The position numbers were made by a program, and so were the translations under genes. The notes under the pieces are model-generated. The model was not told the DNA's origin, did no database searches, and worked only from the letters and a program-made list of their open reading frames with translations. From the NCBI GenBank assembly GCA_963769935.1, contig CAVYNY010000016.1, forward strand, positions 128,001 to 192,000: a stretch of 64,000 bases of DNA, read 5' to 3'. Position 1 is the first letter of the stretch. Each line of letters begins with the position of its first letter. The DNA comes from an uncultured delta proteobacterium (lineage in GTDB: Bacteria; Desulfobacterota; Desulfobacteria; Desulfobacterales; JAFDCJ01). Below, piece after piece: positions 1-10,930 of the stretch.

Positions 1-972
1 GGATACGGTCACTTTAAGCCCCCGCACCTCGACCGATCGCTGGACGATTTCACTAAGCGGTACGTTGGCCACAACATGCTCGTAGGTGCAGATACCGGTG
101 GGCAGCACCTCGGGGATGTCGGTGTCGGCCAGCGTCGGAAAGCCCCAGTTGATACAGCCCGCGGCAGCCCCGGCCCAATCGGTGCCGACCTCGCCCAAGG
201 CATTGACAAAGGCGAAGATGCGGTTTTTGTTGTAGAGCAGCATTTTTTTGTAGTCGCCGGGCTGCACGTTGCCGAACGCCATGGCGGCTCGGTTGGCAAA
301 ACCCAGGGCGAAAATGGCCGAGGAGATATCCGGGCCGAACGGCACGATGCGGGTATTCCAGCCGATCTGGACCCCGGCTTCGATCAATTGCTGCGTAACG
401 GACGTGTTGTTCTGGTTGGCGGCCAGGAAGATATAAAGGCTTCGTCTCTGGTAGTCTTCCACGATGTCTTTGGCGATCTCGGGTGTCGGCGCCGCTCCCA
501 CAATCGCGGCAAAACCCGGGGCCGTGCCGTCGACAAACTCAACCCCTCTTTTGCGAAAAACCGTGTCGTCCGCGGCCCCCAGCCAGATTTTGCCGGCCTC
601 GATGTCGGGCTCTTCGGAATGCAGATAAAAATCCGGCTGATTCAGATACCGCAGGGCCTCGCGAATCTCAAAACAAAAGAGCGTGGCCATGCCGGCATCC
701 AAAAGCGGTCCGAGATACGGCAGGTGGTTCATCCCCTTGATGTGCGGCGGCAGCAGCTTGCGCGCCACATCCAGGGGCTTTTTAATGTCTTCGAGGGTTT
801 CAACCTTGATTCCCAGCAAAGAATAAATGACCGGCAGATAATAGGCCGTGTTGGGGAAGCCGACCTTGGTATCCGCATCGAAGGTGTCCAGAGCCCGTTT
901 GTACTCTCCTTCCACCTGTGAAACGACGTTGTAGCCACCCTGAATGGCGGCAAATGCGACTAGCTTTGACAT
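1..972 (-). CDS. acsB: Acetyl-CoA synthase (CODH/ACS alpha subunit), 5' part; runs off the window edge
   Basis: Not in the ORF track. Manual translation from ATG at 972 (RBS AAGGAGGA): MSKLVAFAAIQGGYNVVSQVEGEYKRALDTFDADTKVGFPNTAYYLPVIYSL..., the typical AcsB N-terminus. Directly downstream of cooS. Confidence 0.9.
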   Translation of the reverse strand, partial: MSKLVAFAAIQGGYNVVSQVEGEYKRALDTFDADTKVGFPNTAYYLPVIYSLLGIKVETLEDIKKPLDVARKLLPPHIKGMNHLPYLGPLLDAGMATLFCFEIREALRYLNQPDFYLHSEEPDIEAGKIWLGAADDTVFRKRGVEFVDGTAPGFAAIVGAAPTPEIAKDIVEDYQRRSLYIFLAANQNNTSVTQQLIEAGVQIGWNTRIVPFGPDISSAIFALGFANRAAMAFGNVQPGDYKKMLLYNKNRIFAFVNALGEVGTDWAGAAAGCINWGFPTLADTDIPEVLPTGICTYEHVVANVPLSEIVQRSVEVRGLKVTVS

Positions 973-999
973 ATGTTCCTCCTTCGTGGAGATAAATTA

Positions 1000-1135
1000 A
1001 TGATTGAATATTTTAGATTGAAGATTGAATATTTAAGGACCGCCTCAGGCGGGTCCATTTAAAAATCACTCTAAATAAAATGACGGAGCGAAGCGACAAC
1101 CATAATTCTTCAATATTCAATCTTCATTCTTCAAT
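1000..1135. repeat. Miniature element with inverted 7-bp arrays (ATTGAAT/ATTGAAG ... ATTCAAT/CTTCAAT)
   Basis: gattgaatattttagattgaagattgaatattt ... cttcaatattcaatcttcattcttcaat around a core ggagcgaagcgac. Related copies at about 5168-5298, 13757-13876, 15802-15860, 16509-16658 and 19492-19622. Confidence 0.8.
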
Positions 1136-1142
1136 GTTTTTT

Positions 1143-3179
1143 TTACGCTTCGAGTGCCTGACGGCTGGCCATATCCATCAACACCCGCTCGCGGGCTTTG
1201 TCGATGCCCAGTTCTTTGCGTTTTTTGTCGATATGGGCAATCATCTTGCGGGCCATCTCGATCGGGTCGACCGCCAGATCCCACTTGCCGCCGTAGATTT
1301 TTTCCAGCTCCTCGAAGAGGTGCTTCTGAAAAACCGGGGCACCGGTCACCGGCAGCGTCACCCCGAACAGGGTGTAAACCCCGGAGGCGACAAAATAATG
1401 GCCGATGCTGATAGCTTTTTCACTCATCCATTCAGGCGCCGCTCCGGCCGCCGGCAGATCGCGAATGTCATTACCCAATCCGCCTGCTTTGACCACCTCG
1501 GTGGCCGCCAGCAGGATGCGGCTGTTGTCCACACAGGATCCCAGGTGCAATACCGGCGGAATACCCACCGTCTCGCAAACCTCGGATAGACCCGGTCCAC
1601 AGAACACCTTGGCGGATTCCGGTGTCAGCAAGCCTTCCATGGCGCAGGCGATGCCGTTGCAGCCGGTGGTCAGAACAATCACGTCATTTTTGATGAGCTC
1701 CTTGACCAGGGTGATATGGGCTTCATTGTGCCGGCTGCGGGCATTGTTGCACCCGACCACGCCGGCCACACCGCGGATACGGCCGTTGATGATGTTGTCA
1801 TTCAGGGTGAAGTAAGAACCGCGGAAGGTGCCCCCCAGATGATATTCAATCGACTCGACGCTAAACCCCGCGATCTGGGCCGCTTTCTGACGCGGAATCA
1901 TCACCTCGGCGCCACGGTTTTGGAAATTATCGATGGCCAGGGTAACAATCCGCTTGGCGTCTTCCATGGCATGATGTTCATCAAACTCGATGTGCAGCAC
2001 ATTGTCCTGCTCCATTCGGGCGATCGGATGGGTCGTGATCAGCTTGGTGTGAAAACATTTGGCCACATTGGCCAGGTTCTGGAAGATACACTGCACATCG
2101 ACCACCATGGCATCGCAGGCGCCGGTGACAATCGCCAGTTCCTGCTGCAGGAAGGTGCCGGCCGGCGGCACGCCGTGGCGCTGCAAAATCTCGTTGCCGG
2201 TGCAGCAGATCCCGCCCAGCTGAATGCCTTTGGCGCCTTTTGATCTGGCATATTCAACCATTTCTTTCGATTGGGCCGCCGCCACGATCATCTCGGAAAG
2301 CACCGGTTCATGACCGTGGATGAGAATGTTGACATGATCTTCTTTCATGATCCCCAGGTTGGCCTCCGACTGCACTGGAAACGGCGTACCGAACATCACA
2401 TCCTGCAGATCCGTCGCAATCATCGAACCGCCCCAGCCGTCGGCCAGCGCCGCCCGCGAGCACTGCTTGAGGATGTTCTTGTAGTCCTGGTCCACGCCCA
2501 TGTGGGTGCGATGCATGATTTCAACGATTTCGCGGTCGATATTGCGCGGCAGGACGCCCAGTTTTTTCCAGCGTTCATAAAGGGGCTGCGGCGCACGCTT
2601 CAGGTAGTACAGTTCGCCCTCGGGCTTGCCCCATTCCGCCAGCGCCTTTTTGGCAACTTCCAGCGCAATTTCATCCAGATCGCGGTCGACTTCCTGGCCC
2701 TCGACTTCAACCTTGACATCCACCCCGAAGTGCGGGGCAATGGCCAGAAGCTTGTTGTAATCTTTTATTTTATAGGCTTCGGTTTCTTTATTGGCGACGG
2801 ACATGAAAACCTCCGCCACCGCGCGGCCGTGGTCCGAATGCGCCGCGGCCCCGGCGGCCACCATGCGGGCAAAGTTGCGGGCCGCGATGGTGTTGGCGGT
2901 CGCACCGCAAAGTCCCTTGCGCTCGTCTTGGCCTTCAATGCCGCCTTTGGGCAGCGGCAGGCGACAGGGGCCCATGGAGCAGTTTTTACAGCAGATTCCC
3001 TGGACTCCGATATTACAGGGTTTCATAGCGACTGCCCGGTCAAAAATCGTATCTATCCCCAGAGCCTGGGCGCGCTTGATCATCTGCTGGGTGGCAACAT
3101 CAATGCTTGCAGCCACCGGATCTGCAAGCTTTTTGGACTTTTCGGTATTTAGTTCTTGCTTATCAGTTGTTCCTGCCAT
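1143..3179 (-). CDS. cooS: Anaerobic Ni,Fe carbon monoxide dehydrogenase catalytic subunit (AcsA/CooS)
   Basis: 678 aa. Motifs CCKNCSMGPC, AAHSDH, HGHEP, GICCTGNE, VDVQC, VVGCNN, TTGC, GSCVDNSR, EWMSEKA. Confidence 0.97.
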   Translation of the reverse strand: MAGTTDKQELNTEKSKKLADPVAASIDVATQQMIKRAQALGIDTIFDRAVAMKPCNIGVQGICCKNCSMGPCRLPLPKGGIEGQDERKGLCGATANTIAARNFARMVAAGAAAHSDHGRAVAEVFMSVANKETEAYKIKDYNKLLAIAPHFGVDVKVEVEGQEVDRDLDEIALEVAKKALAEWGKPEGELYYLKRAPQPLYERWKKLGVLPRNIDREIVEIMHRTHMGVDQDYKNILKQCSRAALADGWGGSMIATDLQDVMFGTPFPVQSEANLGIMKEDHVNILIHGHEPVLSEMIVAAAQSKEMVEYARSKGAKGIQLGGICCTGNEILQRHGVPPAGTFLQQELAIVTGACDAMVVDVQCIFQNLANVAKCFHTKLITTHPIARMEQDNVLHIEFDEHHAMEDAKRIVTLAIDNFQNRGAEVMIPRQKAAQIAGFSVESIEYHLGGTFRGSYFTLNDNIINGRIRGVAGVVGCNNARSRHNEAHITLVKELIKNDVIVLTTGCNGIACAMEGLLTPESAKVFCGPGLSEVCETVGIPPVLHLGSCVDNSRILLAATEVVKAGGLGNDIRDLPAAGAAPEWMSEKAISIGHYFVASGVYTLFGVTLPVTGAPVFQKHLFEELEKIYGGKWDLAVDPIEMARKMIAHIDKKRKELGIDKARERVLMDMASRQALEA

Positions 3180-3253
3180 ACGAGGTTCCTCCTCATAGTT
3201 TAAGTTGAAAGCGGCATGCCGGGCATGCCTGTTTTAACATGTTAGTACGAACG

Positions 3254-4829
3254 TTAGATTCTGCGGTGTATCCAGTTCAGGTTATCGACCATCTTATCAA
3301 CCATCGACTTCTGAACGGCAGCCGGCGTCTTGGGAACTTCTTCTTCGGTCTCGGAAGCCCGCTTGGCGGCCAGGTCTTCACGTTCCTGGGCGCGTTTTTG
3401 CCGAATTGCATCAAGCTCGGCTTCAGCTTTAGCCTTGGCCTCGGTTGCCTGACGGGCCGCTGCTTCGGCTTTGGCCTTGGCTTCCGCTTCGGCTTTGGCT
3501 TTGGCTTGCGCTTCGGCTTTGACTTTAGCCTCGGCCTCCGCCTTCAGCTTGGCCTCGGCTTTGGCTGCCGCCTCCGCCTTGGCTTTGGCTTCTGCTTCGG
3601 CCTTGGCTTTTTCGTCAACGACGGCTTCGACCTTGGGCGCGGCTGCAGCCGGAGCTGCGGTCGCAGGCTCCGGGGCGGGAGCCGCTTTTTTCGCGGGCTG
3701 GGCCGGAGCTGCGGCAGGTGCCGCTTCCTTGGCGGGTGCCGCCGCAGCCGCCTTGGGTGCCGGAGCCGGCTTTTTTTCTTTTTCTACAGCGATGGTCAGA
3801 TCCGGTTCAGGCGAAAGCGACAGAAAATCAATTTCCACATCGGCCAGCTGCTTTTTAATCGCCGCCACATCGGTAGCCACTCCGCCTTCATAAACCAGGT
3901 CGATGTAAGCCTTGACCAGTCGAATAGACTCGGGATGGCGCATGATTAGAATGTCGGAGCCACCCATGAGGTATGCCACCGCACCTACCGCTTCCATGAG
4001 GATAGCGCGCTTTTCCGGGTCCCCCAGCAGCGGCGCTTCTCGATGCCGACTGCTTGGCTTCTTTGCATTTCCAGACCTCGTTGCCGAGATTGTTGATCAG
4101 CGGAAGCTGCAGCTTTTCGTCACCCTGGCCCAGCGCTGCCATCCGGATTCGTTCCATGACGGAATACGAATATTCCAATCCGTAACCCAGACCGCCGGTG
4201 GTCGGATCGATGATCATGCGATCGGTGGGCATTCCCAGGTTTTCAAGCAGAATGTTGCATTGTTTGGCAAGGTTAACGTCGATCGGCGAAGATGCAATGA
4301 CGGCGTGGCCGAAACCCATGGCGGCCGCCCCGATGCCCTTGTGGTTCTTGTCCTCCACCGGGCCGAGGATCAGGTTTTCTCCCTGACATTCTTCGGCTAT
4401 TTTTTTGAGGACTTCTTCATCCTTTTCGACATTGGCGGAGCCCCAAATGATCAGGGGTACACTCACAGCTCCCAGGACTTTTTTGACGGTTGCAACCGCC
4501 TCACTCGCCGGAGCATCGTTGCCGTTGGGGTCGATACTTTTGAGCTGCAGAACAATCATATCGGCACCGAACTCCTCCACGCACTTTTTAGCCCAGGCGG
4601 CAGGATCTGAAACGACGTCTTTGAAAGGACTGAGCGCTGCCTCCGGCCATTCATCGGGTTTCATATCCCAGATTTCCATGGCTATTTTGGGTTTATTGGG
4701 CATTGCTCCTTCAAACTGATAAAACGGATAGCATGCCTCGCCCCCGACAGTAACGGCTTTATCGCCCTTTCCCAGAGTGATTTCCTTTATACGGCCGGTA
4801 TAGGATTCTTTAAAAAATTCGAAAGCCAA
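3254..4829 (-). CDS. acsD: Corrinoid Fe-S protein small subunit with a long Ala/Lys/Glu-rich C-terminal tail; frameshift near 4040
   Basis: TTG start at 4829 after AGGAGG. Motifs SSPIDVNLAKQ and DPTTGGLGYGLEYSYSVMERIR. Continues in the 3254..3997 frame (EAPLLGDPEKRAILMEAVGA...ILIMRHPES). Confidence 0.9.
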
Positions 4830-5074
4830 TGTTACCTCCTTATAGCTTGGTGTATTTCGGTTAATGAATGCAGTGTCCGCAATCGGAACATTGCAATGAG
4901 TTAACCACCAGAGGGACTCCACCGCCGGCAGGCGCCCCTGAATTTACAACCCCCCTTTCATATTTTTATTTTATTGATCAATCTACAATCGGTAGATTTA
5001 TTCCTGGTTGAAGCGAAGCCTGCTCTACAGACCTAAAAGGCCTGTCTATCCCCATAATATGCAGAATCTTTTCA

Positions 5075-5146
5075 TTTATATGCAGCGGGTAGCTTTGTCA
5101 AGAGTTGAACCCCTATGAATCTAAATTTCTAATTAAATCAGATTCA
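5075..5146 (-). promoter_or_regulatory. Putative sigma70 promoter for acsD-cooS-acsB with an upstream dyad
   Basis: Minus-strand TTGACA (5101-5096) followed by an AT-rich -10 region. Inverted repeat TGAATCT-N17-AGATTCA at 5116-5146. Confidence 0.4.
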
Positions 5147-5285
5147 CCCACGGGAGAGGTCTACGAATAATTGAAGATTGAATATTGCAGATTGAATATT
5201 TATGGTATTTTATCGTTTTTGACTTCTTTTAGATTAAGGCAGATTGAACAAAATTAAAAAGACGGAACACCTTCAATATTCAATC

Positions 5286-7240
5286 TTAAATCTTCAATTT
5301 CCTCCGGGTTTCCAGGCGGGATTTTAATTTGGGGAACTGGTTGATGTCCGTATGGGGTAAAAAGAGGGCGGCCACATAATTATCCATATATGAATTGGTA
5401 TCGGACAATTCAAAATTGGTCATTTTTTTAGTAACTTCCACAACATCTTTGCGGATGCGGTTGGTCAGCGAACTCATCCGGGCCCCCATGAATGATCCGT
5501 TGCCGATATATGTAACTTTATCCGGCGTCCATCTCCGGCAGCAGACCGATGGTCATGGCTTTTTCAAGATCCATATAGCTGCCGAATCCGCCGGCCAGAA
5601 TGATGTGTTCGATTTCGCCGATGCTCATCCCCACTTCGGTTAACAGGGTCATGCAGCCACTGTAAATGGCGCCTTTGGCCCGGATGAGATTCTCGATATC
5701 GATTTCCGTCAGGGTAATATCGCGGTCGATCTGGGTTTCATCCTTCCAGGCCAGCACGTACTCATAGACGCCGTTGTCTTCCCGAATGCGAGGAGTGTCC
5801 AAGTCGCGGTCGAATTTTCCCAGGTTGTTGATAATCCCCATTTCGAACATGATCGCCACCATGGTGATCAGGCCGGATCCGCAAATGCCTTTGGGCCGGA
5901 CATTGCCGATGGTGATAATCATGGGCTCCAGGGTCACCGGATCAATGGAAAAATCCTCGATCGCCCCTTTGGCGGCCCGCATGCCGAACTTGATGCCCGC
6001 CGCCTTCAAAAGCCGGACCGGCAGAACAGGCGGCACAGGCCAGCCAGTCTTTGTTGCCGATCACGATTTCGGCATTGGTGCCGATATCCAGGTAGAGGGT
6101 CAGCGTCTTCGGACCGATACATCCCCGATCCCATGACACCGGCCACAATATCGCCGCCCACATAGCTGGAAACCGCCGGATAAACCAGAGCGGTCACATG
6201 GTCGCCCAGATCCATGCCCAGATCTGCGGCTTTGATGGGCGGATACAGGGTGGCCGCCGGCACATAGGGCGCGCGCCGGATAGACCGCGGATCGACTTTC
6301 AGCATCAGCTGGGTCATGGTGGTGTTGCCGGCCAACGTGATGGTGGAAATATCCTCCGGATCAACCCCGGATCTTCTGAATGATTTTTCCCAAAACCTTG
6401 TTGATGGTTTCGATGACCACCCGTTGATTTTTGCCAGACCGCCGGGTTTTTCCGCATAGACAATCCGGGAGATCACATCCTCGCCATAGCTGATCTGCCC
6501 GTTGAATTCCCCATGCTCGGCCAGCACCTCGCCGCTGATAAGATCGATGACCTGCCCGTAAACCGTGGTGGTGCCGATATCCATGGCAATGGCATAACTT
6601 TGGGCGGTGGTATCTCCGGGCTGAACATTGATGATGCGGGTTTTGCCGACATCCCGCACCGGCCGGGCCAGGGTAGCCGTGACCTTGAAATCATCCTCCC
6701 GCATCACATCCGGTATTTTACGAATCACCGGAAAGATCAACCTCCAGACGGTGCTCATCATGTTTGAGGTTGAGATAGCTGACCAGCCGGGTGACATCCG
6801 GCAGATTGTCCTGGACCGTGGGTACGGGCAGTTCCAGATATTTTTTTTCAACCGGGGCCACAAACAGCCCCTTTTCCTTGAGCTCATCAAAATTCATCGG
6901 ACCGGATATGAGCGGTGCGCCGCGGTGAGGCCTGCAGATTCAGCACGCTGGCATCAATCGACGATTCGACCGGAATTCGCACGACCAGGTCGCTTTTAAC
7001 AGCCGCCTGACAGGCCAGCCGGTAGCCCGCGGCCAGATCTTCTGCACTCAACTTTTCTGAAATGCCGCCGTCCACGGTGCCCGCTTCAATCAGAACCCGG
7101 CATTTGCCGCAAACCCCTTCCCCGCCGCAGGAGGCATTCACATGAACGCCCGCCTCCAGCGCTGCCCGAATCAAGGTATCGCCGTCGTCGACTTCGATTT
7201 GCATATCATAGGGCAGGAATTTTACTGTGTGTTTGCTCAC
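5286..7240 (-). CDS. acsV: Reductive activator of the corrinoid Fe-S protein (RACo/AcsV; 2Fe-2S plus ASKHA ATPase), split by several frameshifts
   Basis: Consecutive ORF fragments carry CGGEGVCGKC...RLACQ, DIGTTT, YGEDVISRI, SYVGGDIVAG, DIGTNAE, ACSAGPAFEG, GICGSG, AGGFG and FLPHTD. Confidence 0.88.
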
Positions 7241-7292
7241 TTTAAATTTCCTTTAACCAATCAACCCAATTAACTCAATTAACTCAATAAAC

Positions 7293-9170
7293 TCAAACCG
7301 GTTCATCAAACTTGCATTTTAAAATCAGTATATCGCCGTCAAAAAAGGTGTTCACTTTGTAAGGCAATTGTTTGAAAAGTTTGACCATGCCCCGATTTTG
7401 CGGTGAAGTGTAGGCAACCAGGCCGGAAATATCATTTTGCTTGGCCGCTGTTGCCAGCTTTTTCAGCAGGATCCCGCCGAGTCCTTTTTTTTGATAGTCT
7501 TTGCTGATGGAAAAAGCGATTTCCGCTATATTGGTTGCCGGATCGATCAAATATTCGCCGATGCCAACCACGCGGCCGAAACCGAATTCGCCGACCAGGA
7601 CCACGATGGTTAAATCTTTGATATAGTCAATCTGAGAAACCCCCTCGGCCTCTTCTTTGACAAAAGTGGTTTTTTCGTGGAAAAACCTGGCAATGACATC
7701 GTCCTTTTCCAGATTGTAGAAGTGTTCCTGAATTCTTCTCTCATCCAGCGGTTTAGCCGGCCGGACCGTCATCTGTTCCCCGTTGATTTCGATGGTTTCT
7801 TCAAGCTGGATGGGATAGACGCCATGAATGGATTCGTGCAGCGTTCGTTCAGTGCTCATAAGCCCCATTTTTTTGGCTTCAAAAAACAGCTCATCCCTGA
7901 AATCCGGATGCGCGATGCCGATAAGAGCCATGGCCCGTTCCTGAAGGCTTTTACCGAATAAGTTGACCGACCCGAATTCGGTCACCACCAGGTGAACATC
8001 GCCCCGGGCGGCTGCAACCGCCGTGTCGTCAAGCATGGGTACGATACGACTCTTGGTACCCTGCATGGCTGTGGCAGGCAGCATTAAAATGGACTTGCCG
8101 CCCGGCGACTGGACCGCGCCTCGCATAAAATCTGAAATCCCGGTAATCCCGGAAAAATGGGTTTGCGGCATGGCATCGGCCGCTACCTGTCCGGTCAGGT
8201 CAATGGTCATGGCCACACTCATTGCAACCATCTTATTATGCCGGGCAATGATGGCCGGATCACAGACATAATCAGACGGATGAAATTCAACGGCCGGATT
8301 GTCATTTAAAAATTCATAGAGGGCCTCCGAACCGATGGCGCTCTGGGCAACCATCTTGCCGTCGTTAAAGCCTTTTTTGCGGTTGGTGATCACCCCTTTG
8401 GAAAACAGGTGCATAATGTCATCGGTCATATACATGGTGTGGATGCCAAGATCATTTTTATCCGACAACGCCAGCATAACGGACTCCGAGGTGGTTCCCA
8501 AACCGATGGCAATCGTTGACCCGTCGTCAATCAGTCGTCTGGCAATCAGCCGGCCGATATCATTGGCGGCGGCCAGCTCGGGATTTTCACCGATGGTCAA
8601 CAGCGGCTCATCGTATTCCACAAAATAATCGACTTCGTTGACGTGAATAAAACTGCGCCCCAGTACGCGGGGCATATTGGAATTGACCTGGGCGATTACC
8701 AGGTCGGCGGATTGGGCCGCCGCCATGGTGATATCAACCGAAACCCCCAGGCTCATCCAGCCGAAATCATCCGGCGGTGAAACCTGGATCAGGGCAACAT
8801 GAATCGGCAGCAGGCGGCTTTTAAACAGCCGCGGAATAGCCGACATGTTGATGGGAGTGATAAAGCGCTGGTTGCGGGCGATCGCTTTAGATTTGGCGGA
8901 GCCCAGGTAAAAAGATCGGATATTGAGGCTGTGGTCTTTGGTTTTGTTCGCTATCAGCGTAAGCGGTGTGGTCTCAAGGGTCATCAACCGGTTGATTTCG
9001 ATATCTTTGAGATAGTTCGACATTTCGGACAGCTCTCGAACCAGATGCTGGGGTTCACCGCAGGAAGATCCGATAAATACGCGCTGTCCCGGCTTGATAA
9101 GGTTCAGTGCATCCCGGGCGCTGCGTCTGTTCTCAACGTAATTATCGGCCCAATAAGTTGATGTGGCCAT
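7293..9170 (-). CDS. Acetyl-CoA hydrolase/CoA-transferase family protein fused to a C-terminal GNAT domain
   Basis: QVSPPDDFGWMSLGVS, DLTGQV, DFMRGA, VVTEFG, IAHPDFR. GNAT motif YQKKGLG near the C-terminus. Confidence 0.88.
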   Translation of the reverse strand: MATSTYWADNYVENRRSARDALNLIKPGQRVFIGSSCGEPQHLVRELSEMSNYLKDIEINRLMTLETTPLTLIANKTKDHSLNIRSFYLGSAKSKAIARNQRFITPINMSAIPRLFKSRLLPIHVALIQVSPPDDFGWMSLGVSVDITMAAAQSADLVIAQVNSNMPRVLGRSFIHVNEVDYFVEYDEPLLTIGENPELAAANDIGRLIARRLIDDGSTIAIGLGTTSESVMLALSDKNDLGIHTMYMTDDIMHLFSKGVITNRKKGFNDGKMVAQSAIGSEALYEFLNDNPAVEFHPSDYVCDPAIIARHNKMVAMSVAMTIDLTGQVAADAMPQTHFSGITGISDFMRGAVQSPGGKSILMLPATAMQGTKSRIVPMLDDTAVAAARGDVHLVVTEFGSVNLFGKSLQERAMALIGIAHPDFRDELFFEAKKMGLMSTERTLHESIHGVYPIQLEETIEINGEQMTVRPAKPLDERRIQEHFYNLEKDDVIARFFHEKTTFVKEEAEGVSQIDYIKDLTIVVLVGEFGFGRVVGIGEYLIDPATNIAEIAFSISKDYQKKGLGGILLKKLATAAKQNDISGLVAYTSPQNRGMVKLFKQLPYKVNTFFDGDILILKCKFDEPV

Positions 9171-9285
9171 TCGAGTTTCTCCAGATGCTAAGTTATTATT
9201 CTAAGCCATGAGCAGGCTTGATTGAATATTCAATTCTTCCCCTGAAACTTTGAACGGTCATTAATTAGCTCATCCAACCTCGCTT

Positions 9286-9396
9286 GGCAAGGGAAACCTG
9301 GCGGACGTGACCATGGGCACCACATCACGCCGGGTGTTGAGGCGCTGTTCCAAGCCGGTGCTGGTCGTGCGATTGCCGGAGGATCAGGAGCGTTGA
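9286..9396 (+). pseudogene. C-terminal remnant of a universal stress protein
   Basis: Translates as GKGNLADVTMGTTSRRVLRRCSKPVLVVRLPEDQER*, matching the USP C-terminal motif G(S/T)xxxxV...PVLVV. In-frame stop at 9262; the N-terminal part of the domain is missing. Confidence 0.75.
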
Positions 9397-9499
9397 ATCG
9401 AAGTTTTTGAAGGACGAACTCAGTATCTTTAGTTTCATTTATTCTTAATTTGGTGCTTGTGATTTGAGATTTAGCCCGACCTCGGTTTTTCACAGACTA

Positions 9500-10870
9500 T
9501 TAATCCTGCAGATGTTCTTCCTCGCTCAACTTCGCCGCATCCCCCTGCGGCACTTCCTGCACCACGCGCAGCTTGCGTGCGATGACCCGGGTGCGAACTT
9601 CAGCTTTTCCGATGGTATTGCTGGCCTCCTGCAGTTTCTTTTTGGTCTGGGCCAGAACATCGCCGAATCTATGGAATTCGGCTTTTACCGCGCCCAACAA
9701 TTCCCAAACTTCGCTGGAGCGCTTTTCGACGGCCAGAGTTCGAAAACCCATCTGCAGGCTGTTGAGCAGAGCGGCCAAGGTCGTCGGCCCGGTCACCACG
9801 ATGCGGTGTTCGCGCTGCAGGGTGTCGCAAAGGCCCGGCTGCCGCAGGACTTCGGCATACAATCCCTCCACCGGTAAAAACATGATCGCAAAATCAGTGG
9901 TATGGGGCGGGTCGATATACTTGTCCTTGATGTTGCGGGCCTCCAGTTTGATGCGATTCTCCAAGCTCTTAACCGATTTATCCGCGAGCTCTTTGTCGGC
10001 CGCCTCCCGGGCATCCACCAGACGTTGATAATCTTCCTGCGGAAATTTGGCGTCAATCGGCAGCCAAACCACCTGATCCCTATCCGTGCCCGGACCCGGC
10101 AGCTTGACGGCAAACTCCACCCGGTCGTTGCCGTCCTTTTTGGTGGCAACATTCACTGCGTACTGGTCGGGTGTCAGAATTTGCTCCAGAATGTGGCCCA
10201 AACGAATTTCACCCCAGATTCCGCGGGTCTTGACATTGGTCAGCACTTTTTTCAGGTCCCCGACACCGGTCGCCAGGCTGCGCATTTCTCCCAGCCCTTT
10301 ATAGACCAGCTCCAGACGCTCGCTGACCTGCTTGAAAGACTCGCCCAGACGCTTTTCCAGCGTGGTCTGAAGTTTTTCATCCACCGTGGCCCGCATTTTT
10401 TCAAGCTGGCGGGTATTGTCTTCCTGCAAAGTGCGCAGTTGTATTTCCATGGTCCGGCGCATGGCCTCCAGTTTTTCTTCATTGAGCTTGGCCATCGCAA
10501 TCAGCTGCTTTGCAAAAGAATCAAGCTGGTCGCGTTGCATGTGAATGTTTTCGACCATCCGTTGCTGCAATGAATCGCTGGATGACCTCAGGGCTGCGCC
10601 CAGTTCCTCCCGGGCCTGCCGCGCGCTGTCGCGTGTTTCTTCACGGTTGCGTTTGATCTCATCTTTTACGGCATTCTCGATATGCCGGTGTTTATTCTCA
10701 AGCGCCAGAAAATCCTGCCGCAGTTCGGTGACAACGGCTTCGGGTTTTCGGCGCAGCAGGACAACCAGAAAAATGAGAATGGCAAGCAGCATAAGAACTG
10801 CATAGGCCACAGCCAGTCCAAGGGCATAATTCTCAATAAAAAACACGACCCGGTTCACAAGATCGGCCAT
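9500..10870 (-). CDS. rmuC: DNA recombination protein RmuC
   Basis: N-terminal TM helix and coiled coil; KTRGIWGE, LPIDAKFP, TTDFAIMFLPVEGLYAE, GPTTLAALL. Confidence 0.93.
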   Translation of the reverse strand: MADLVNRVVFFIENYALGLAVAYAVLMLLAILIFLVVLLRRKPEAVVTELRQDFLALENKHRHIENAVKDEIKRNREETRDSARQAREELGAALRSSSDSLQQRMVENIHMQRDQLDSFAKQLIAMAKLNEEKLEAMRRTMEIQLRTLQEDNTRQLEKMRATVDEKLQTTLEKRLGESFKQVSERLELVYKGLGEMRSLATGVGDLKKVLTNVKTRGIWGEIRLGHILEQILTPDQYAVNVATKKDGNDRVEFAVKLPGPGTDRDQVVWLPIDAKFPQEDYQRLVDAREAADKELADKSVKSLENRIKLEARNIKDKYIDPPHTTDFAIMFLPVEGLYAEVLRQPGLCDTLQREHRIVVTGPTTLAALLNSLQMGFRTLAVEKRSSEVWELLGAVKAEFHRFGDVLAQTKKKLQEASNTIGKAEVRTRVIARKLRVVQEVPQGDAAKLSEEEHLQD

Positions 10871-10930
10871 AAAAGCGCATCCTTTCCTGAACTGATCGGT
10901 CCCATTTTAAGCGTAGAATCTTAAATATGA

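Noticed and set aside
76..921. 281-aa plus-strand ORF, and the many similar antisense ORFs in the track
   Set aside because: Shadow of acsB on the opposite strand, with no recognisable motifs. The same applies to 2271-3152, 3239-3949, 11544-12632, 39549-40568 and others.
3888..4050. Programmed frameshift in acsD
   Set aside because: There is no slippery heptamer at the site, and many similar indels occur across the window.
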